The position numbers were made by a program, and so were the translations under genes. A DNA stretch of 64,000 nt from contig OZ218955.1 of NCBI GenBank assembly GCA_965112735.1, positions 3,472,001 through 3,536,000 of the forward strand. Direction: 5' to 3'. The notes beneath the pieces are model-generated. The model worked only from the letters and a program-made list of their open reading frames with translations, did not search any database and had not been told where the DNA came from. Positions 57,101 through 64,000 of this stretch are shown here, in pieces; position 1 is the stretch's first letter; each line of letters opens with the position of its first letter. Source of the DNA: Phaeosaccion multiseriatum (Eukaryota > Protista > Ochrophyta, other classes).

Positions 57101-59164
57101 CCGTCAAGCACTGCCCGCCCCACCGCGTGGATCATGGGGTACCTGTGTGTGTGCGTGTGTGTGTGTGCGCGTGCGGGTGTGTGTGTCTGTATGAGTGTGT
57201 GCGTGTGTGTTCTCTGGTAGGTTGCCCGTACGTCCTCATACAACATTCCAAACAACAAAGCCAAACCGCTCCGTCCGTACGTGACTCCATACGTAAGGTA
57301 ACGTACCTCTGCTCCAACAGGTCGTCCCCAACGATGGCTGTGAAGCCCCCCCCGCCCCCCTGGAACTCTGTGGCCAGAGCCTCCATCACACCCTGCACCT
57401 CAGAGGGCCCGCAGTCCTGATCAGGATGAAGATGGAGCACCAACATGTCAAGATTGCAAAGGAACAGTGCTATCACAATCTCCGTCTACTCTCTCCCCTC
57501 TCCCCCCCTCTCTCTCTCACTCCCCTCCCTTCCCTCTCTCCATCTCCCTCGTACCTCCGTGGGGGTGGTGATGAGGTCTCTCACAAGGTAGGTCGAGGCC
57601 GTCGCGGTGGCCACCTTGTCCCAGTCGGCTCCATCCGGCCACACCAGCTGCTTCTCTCCCTCCTTCCCTCCCTCTCCCTCTCCTCCTTCTTTATCTCCCT
57701 CGCCGTCCTTCTTGTCTCCTTTCTTCTGCTTGTACCTCGAGAACTCGTACGAAGAGAGGCCCCAAGCGAAGGCTGCGGCTTCAGGGTTCACGTCTCCTTC
57801 TACGCCTGGGAGGGAGGGAGGGAGGGAGGGAGGGCGTGCGTGTGTGGTGTTAGAATGTGAAACTGCGCGAGATATCGAAGTGGCGAAAGGGCAGTGCTGA
57901 ATTGTTGTCAATCACGCTGATTGACACGCTCTCTGTGTCTCTGTCTCTCTCTCCTGTCTCTCTCTCTTGGTCTCTTCTCCCTCGCGTTTCTCTCTTCTCT
58001 CTCTCTCTCTCTCGCTCTCTCACTCTCCAACACGCGAATCCATCGACAAGCAGCCAGTGCCCAAGTAAGCACCTCCACCTCACCTTGAAGCTTGAACTTG
58101 CCCTTCGGCAGCTTGGCCCTCAGCGGCGCGAGACTCAAGGGACTGCTGCTCTTGCCGTCCAAGCAGTAGGCCAGGGTGGAGCCCGTCAGGCCAGACGCCC
58201 CGGGGGACATGAGCAACGCACCCCCTTGGAACTTGTCCTGTCAGAATGTCAGCATCATGGCAAGGGCAATGGGGGTGGGGGTGCGGTCGAGATGGGGAGG
58301 AGCGAAGGTGAGAAGGACGTCTCCAGCTCTCTCTCTTCGTCTCAAAATACATCTCCCTCTCTCGGCGCTCTCCCCTTGTCCTTCTCTCTCTATTTCCCCC
58401 CTTCCTCCCTCTCCCTCTCTCGCTTGCTCCTTGCTTTCTCTCTCTTTCGTCTCTATCGCTCTCTCTGGCACGCACGCACCTGTCCCAGTGCTTTGAACCA
58501 TGCCTGCTCAGTCTCCGACAGGGCCGAGAACCACTTCTTAAACGATTTCTGCAGAAGGTGACAGCAGCAGCAGCAGCAGCAGGAGTTGTAGTAGGAGGAG
58601 GAGTTGGTGATACAGCAGCAGGGTAGGTGGGGAGAGGAAGGGCGTGAGTGCTTCCTCCGAGTCGCGGTGCTGATCAGAAGCAAAGCCACTTGAGGAGTCT
58701 GGGTCAACCATCAGCAGTAGTCTAGTAACACAAATCAGTTGCATGCCAGTAAGAATGCAGGGCCGAAAGGCCTACTCTCACATGCCGCAATGATGAAGAG
58801 ATGCCGCCCTTACCTTGGAGAGCACTGTAACAGGGACGACGTCCTCCCCTCCTGCCTCCTCTTTGGAAGCGAATGCCCCCTCAAATCGCAGGCACTCCTT
58901 CACAAAGTCGTAGGGCCCTCCCCCACTTCCCATCATAGACTTGCTGCCCGCCAAAGAAGAAGAAGAACAAGCTGATGAGGATGAAGCTGAGGATGCGCCA
59001 CCAGTCCATCGCGTGACCTTCGCTACTGACGATTGAGCCCCTCGATGCCCTCGAAAGGCGGACGTGGAGAACGACGACGCCCTGGCACTGGCGAAGCAGC
59101 GGAAGGCGGCAGATGTCGTCCCTTTCAGCGCGACTCCGGCGAGGAGTAACATCCCTGTCCTCAT
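54132..59164 (-). CDS. M17 leucyl aminopeptidase, multi-exon, probable plastid-targeting presequence
   Basis: VGKG|[47 protein letters not shown]|[16 protein letters not shown]|[53 protein letters not shown]-terminus [21 protein letters not shown] followed by an S/R-rich segment. Confidence 0.93.
54510..54700. repeat. ~23-bp intronic minisatellite in the aminopeptidase gene
   Basis: Repeated ctcata(g/a)actagacagagggctct units. Confidence 0.8.
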
Positions 59165-59458
59165 GTGTGTGTGAGGCTTTGCACAAGAGGACTTTTTTTC
59201 TCGCCTGCTCGCCCACCAGCCTCGCGACAATGCTCTCCTCCAACTCCCTGCCTCTGCTGCTCGAGGTCTAGCCCTCTCACTTCAGGAAATGATTGCTTCT
59301 TCTTTGTGTCCTGTGTACAACGAGATGATTTTGAGAGATGAGGAAGAAATGAGCGCGAAGAATGAAGGTACCATGGACTGCCATCCCTCGCCCCCACAAT
59401 TGATATCCACAATTCTACCACCCTTCCTCTCTTAATTAGGACTCTCCTTCCCCCCAAG

Positions 59459-60304
59459 ATGGCAACCCCGCAAAGGGGGGCGAGCAGTCAGAAGGCCCCT
59501 TTGAAGGGCGTCTTCCCTCTAGACCACGACGGGGAGTGCAAGCCGATCATGGAGGTAAGCCTCCCCCCCCCCCCTCCCTCCTCTTCCTTCCTCCTCCTCT
59601 CTCTCTCTCTTCCTCTCCCTCTCCACACTCTCTAGCTATCCCCACTCTCTCTCTCCTGCTACCCTCCGTGTCCCTCTAAGTATATTTGCTCGTGTTCTCC
59701 GTTCCCGTCTACCTTCTCTCCCCTCCCCGCCCCTGCCCGCTTTAGAGCCTGCTGAGCTGTTTGAAGGAGAACCAATCCCGGCATATGCCGTGCAAAGTCG
59801 TGTCCAAGGCCTATCTCGAGTGCCGAATGGCGAAGAAGCTCATGCAGGAGGAGAACCTGTCTAGGATGGGCTTCGAAGAAGACGACACCGAGTACGATGT
59901 AAGTGGTCAGAGGGGGGAGAGGGAGAGGGACACAAGGGGGGGGGTGAGGAGGGACGAAGAGAGAAAGAAAGAGAGAGAGAGGGAGAGAGAGAGAGAGAAA
60001 GAGTGTGAGAGGAAGAGAGAGTTGCAGTGGCGCTCCCCTCCCCTTCCTACGTGGCCCCTCGTTCCTGCCTGGCTCATGCTACTTCCGTTTGCTCTCTGTG
60101 CGGTGTGTTCAGCGGCTTGACGAGTCATCCAAGGAGCAAGACGTCTCGAAAAGCAAGGAGGCCACGGGCTTTGTGGCCGGTACGCATGTCAAGGTGGGGA
60201 AGGACAGTTGGACCCGATGGCTCATGCCCTGGGGCTTCAGAGAAGACGGTGGCGGCGGAGGAGGAGAGAACAAAGAACAGGAGCAGCAGAAGACGAAAGC
60301 GTAG
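59459..60304 (+). CDS. COX19: Cytochrome c oxidase assembly protein COX19 (twin CX9C-type), 3 exons
   Basis: APLKGVFPLDHDGECKPIME|SLLSCLKENQSRHMPCKVVSKAYLECRMAKKLMQEENLSRMGF matches the COX19 signature (PxKGxFPLDHxGEC...K.YLECRM). Exons 59459-59553, 59746-59898, 60113-60304. Confidence 0.92.
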
Positions 60305-63097
60305 GGAAGGAGGCCTTGCGAATGGAGCCCAGTAGGCCTGGCCCCGCATCAGCGAGCGAGGAGGCTGGCTCACGCTCCCTGTGTGAAGGAAGGGAGGAAG
60401 GAGCCCCCAGACTGGCTCGTGGTGGCGTGATACCTGACTTGATGCCTGCCCTGCAATACCAGATGACTCGGGGGGGAATGTTCTACTGGTGACAGGAGGT
60501 CATCGCGGTCAGGGGGATGTGCCTCGGGTCAAGTCAAGGAGGATGGCAGTGGGATGGGAAGACCTTCATCGCGGTATGCTACTGACTGATGCCCACGGAC
60601 TACCCGTGCAAAGAGGCAGGGCATGATGCCCACTCAGGCCCACTACCTGCCTTTACAAAGGGGAAGGCTCCACTCTGGGGGCAAGCAGAACATGTGCGGG
60701 GGTTAGTGGAAGCCCCCCCCTCTCAACCTCCATCTGTCGCGGCCGTAGGGGAGGTGCTACTCGTTACCAGGCCCTCCCCCTGTCTCGAGGCCTCCAGGGG
60801 TGCCACTAGGCGACCTTCCTTCCTTCCTTCTGTCCTTCCCACAATGCAGGAGCGTATGACATTTGCTATGTAAGACGCATGGTCAGGGGATGGACTTGCA
60901 CGAGTGGGCATGCAGCGGTCATTGCAGGAGGGTTGGGATGGTTACTTATGGTTGCTGGCAAGAAGCTGGGGCGGGGTCCCTCGAGCTTCTTGCAAGAGCA
61001 GAGTCTCGCCTCTTTGCAGCCTCGGGAAGGAATCGTGATCATGGCTTCAGCGAACTTCAGCCAAGGGAAGAGACGGCGCATATCTTCAGAGAGACAGACT
61101 GTACTGGCCACCTCGAGAGCGTACAGGACAGCGGATGTGTGGGTGGGTGGGTGGGTGGGTGCAGGCAGGGGCAGTTTTTCTTACATAAAGTACGCATGGC
61201 TGGAGCGGGGTGGCGTTTCAACGGGCTGGCCTGAGTGTTTGGCACCCCCTGATCGGAGGCTCCAGCAGTAAAGTTCCTCAGTTCTGGAGACCCCTGTCTG
61301 GGGGGCGTAAAGCACTACTCAGAATACCCCCCGCCCCACGGAAGGACAATCCAGCACTCCTTGAGTGGCCCAGGTGTAGAGACAATTCAGTAAGCTGCTG
61401 GTTTCCTACAGAAGTACGAAAGCCCTGCGCATTGCTTACAATGATGCCATCTACTCCTGTGCCATTGACTGAACTGCGATGTTTGCTTCGGTTGTTGGCG
61501 CTTTCCCTCTCTTCTTCCGCGGGGATGTTGGACTTCAAGCAAGGGGAAGAGAGGGAATAGAAGGAAAGAGATTCTGGGTCGGGAAGCGCCTACTGTACCA
61601 CCAACGACTTGAGTGGGGAAAGAGAGGGCAGAGAGAGAAGGAGGCTGGCTTCCAGGCTGGTCCGTGTAGAGAGGGGAGGGAGGAGCTGGGCGGGGGCGCG
61701 TGCGTCGACATCACTTGAAGCGATGAGCTTTCTGAGGAAAGTTACTTCCGCCCCGGACTCGCAGTCCGATCAGACGGTGGTAACAACGAAGAGGACTCGC
61801 TGGAGCAGCTCTTATCGGACTGCGAGTATGACGGAGGACATGAAGTGAGCTTCCTCAGCACGGAGCCCTCTTTAGGGAGGAGAGGAGAGGAGAGGAGAGA
61901 ATGAGTGCGTTAAAGTGTTATTCGAAGAGGAGAGGAGGGGCGCCAGGAGCTCCTTCGCGGAACGGAACTACAGAGCACGACGGGGGGGGGGGACTTTGCT
62001 CTTCTAAAATAGACAACAGGTTCCACCCACCGGCTGAGCCCTCCCTTGCTGAGGGGAGCTCACCTTCTTTCCTCCTCCACAATACTCGCGTTTCATTGAG
62101 CCTGATGAGCTTGGCTATCTTCCCTGAAGAAGCTCCTGCGGCTGAACAGCGACTGCTCCAGCGATGATCTCGGCAAACCCGGGGGGGCAGGGACCCCTTG
62201 TGAGCTTGTGAGCTTCCTCAGCGAGGAGAGGGAGGGTGGGACGACAGCGATGGGTCTGGCAATATCCCGTCCCCAAGCCCAAATATCACTCCTCCAGTGT
62301 TGACGCAGTTCCACGACACAGCGCACATGTGCCCAAGAGAGCCAAGTGGGCGGGGCCACAGGGCACCCCTTGTAAAGTGTGTGTGCCTTGTCGCCCGAAT
62401 CGACGCCCCCCCCCCCCCCCTCCATTTCTGCCTTTCTTCTCGCACGTCTGGACTCGTTGATTCGGAGCCCTCTGTTCCGAGGCACCACTGCCCCCGCAGT
62501 CACTCTCACGTCTGCTTGTCTTGCATGGCTGAAGGATCGTCGATGGCAGTCGATGGCAGTCGATGGCCGTCGCCTACCCAAGGGAATACGTGCACACTGG
62601 GAGATAGAAGGGCAGGTGCAAGCCCCCCCCTCTGCTCTTCCTCTTCTCCGGTAGGCATGACAGTCGCCCTACTTCTCCGGCAGACAGAGACGTGCCCTTC
62701 CCGAGTAATGCAGCCTTGAGTGGCTCTAAAAGGTCACCAACTGCTGCTGTATCACCAACTGCTCGACACATGCCAAGCTAAGTCACCGTGACCTTCGCCG
62801 TCGCCATCGTCAGTCGACCTCGAGCGGCTCCAGGAGCCGTAAAACTATCCATCCACCGATGATCTCCGCTAAGCCAGTCTTTGAAACTGCCATCCACTGC
62901 CGTCTCTTCCTGCCGCGGTCGTGTAAGCAGAGAGAGAGAGAGAGCGGAGTGTGTGTCCCCCTTGTTCCCCTTGCGGACCGCGGAAGCTCCTCTGCTGCTC
63001 ACCCTCCTCCCTCTGCCGGGGGATACAACATCGCAATTGGTCGCTAAGCGTTCAGACTCGTCGTGACCATCACCATCACCATCGCCATCGTCGCTTC

Positions 63098-63894
63098 CTA
63101 CTCCTCTTTCTCCTCCTTCTCCTCTTTCGGCATAGTGCCGTACGTGACCAGGCCTACACCGGTCATGACCAGCAAGGCCCCCACCCACCACGTCCAGGAG
63201 AGTCTCTCGCCAAAGAGAATACCTCCGCTTAGTCCTGTTGGGTTGTCAATGATAAAGGGTAGGAGTGGTTGGTTGGTGGGGGGGCATGCATCGTTTATGA
63301 AACTGACGAGTGGCGTACCTGCCAGCATGAAATTAGTACACGCGTTGATAACTGTGGCCGCAGTCGCGCCTGAGCGTTGCAGTGCTGTGATGAAGGTGGA
63401 GAGCATGAGGGCATTCACCGTCATCATGAGCACCAGAGCTGCGCCCTGCACAGTGAGCCCGGCCTGCGCCAGCACCAACGGAAGGACATTGACACACACA
63501 AATTGTCGACAGGTAGTCAAGAGGAAGGACAGAAAGAGAAGGGTGGGTGCATCATGCCATGGAAGGAACGGACAGCTTGGACAGCTTCTTCTTACCATGC
63601 GGCACACTTGCTCTGGCCTTTGGCACCTCGTCCCGAGGTATGTCTGCAGAGGGGAGGAAGCATCAAGAGCCACCTTTCCAAACACGGAAGCCAGGCACGC
63701 CAGGGCTCCCGAGCACACACTGGCGAGGAGAGGGGCGTACCAGGAGAGGGATGGCTGAGAGGAGAGAGAGACAGGGAGGGAAGAGGAACAGAGGAGAGAG
63801 AGGGGAGGAGGAAGGTAAGGTTAGTCGGCATCACCTGTATCGATGCCGGGATAGAAATACCATCACTGGACTTTAAATCCCTCCTCCTTTGCAT
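63098..63894 (-). CDS. TMEM42-like small DMT/EamA-superfamily membrane protein
   Basis: LASVCSGALACLASVFGKVA...LMMTVNALMLSTFITALQRSGATAATVINACTNFMLA|GLSGGILFGERLSWTWWVGALLVMTGVGLV is the typical TMEM42 pattern. Start ATG 63894 splices in phase 0 onto PSLSWY. Confidence 0.8.
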
Positions 63895-64000
63895 CCGTCC
63901 TTCTGTCTCTTCTCTCCTTTTTTTCTTTTTCTTTTTCTTTTTTGCCTTTGCCGATTTGCATCGATTGTGAGATTTGATTTGCCCCCATCCAGTTCCAGTT

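Noticed and set aside
54132-59164. Recent horizontal transfer of a bacterial-type M17 aminopeptidase
   Set aside because: The gene has many spliceosomal introns and a targeting presequence. Any bacterial ancestry is old and cannot be assessed without a phylogeny.
60305-63090. Short ORFs between COX19 and the TMEM42-like gene
   Set aside because: No coherent gene model or homology-like motif could be supported.

Overview
Eukaryotic nuclear DNA: GC-rich, with many GT-AG spliceosomal introns filled with microsatellites. Signal peptide + Phe + Ser/Arg-rich presequences suggest a heterokont (ochrophyte-like) alga, which is an inference. Genes I could reconstruct by hand-splicing: a 5'-truncated ankyrin-repeat gene (+); an intronless, probably plastid-targeted protein made of five ~120-aa mTERF-like units (-); an HTATIP2/TIP30-like NAD(P)-binding protein (-); an AKR7-like aldo-keto reductase (-); a secreted Pro/Thr-rich protein with four 10-Cys domains and an array of duplicated intron+60-nt-exon cassettes (+); a ~35-kb, ~39-exon gene encoding a ~8,100-aa protein with about ten GAF-like modules in alternating A/B pairs and ~15 C2 domains nested inside two of them (+); a secreted Cys-rich/somatomedin-B protein (+); an M17 leucyl aminopeptidase (-); COX19 (+); and a TMEM42-like membrane protein (-). 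Main novelty candidates: (1) the giant GAF/C2 protein; (2) a ~20-bp DNA motif, CAGCAGTTGGTGATACAGCAG, scattered more than 20 times through exons (in several reading frames) and introns (both orientations); (3) the cassette-exon array; (4) the five-unit mTERF-like protein; (5) introns whose two ends carry mutually complementary repeats. All exon coordinates and lengths are hand-derived and approximate. No tRNA, rRNA, CRISPR array or transposase was recognised.
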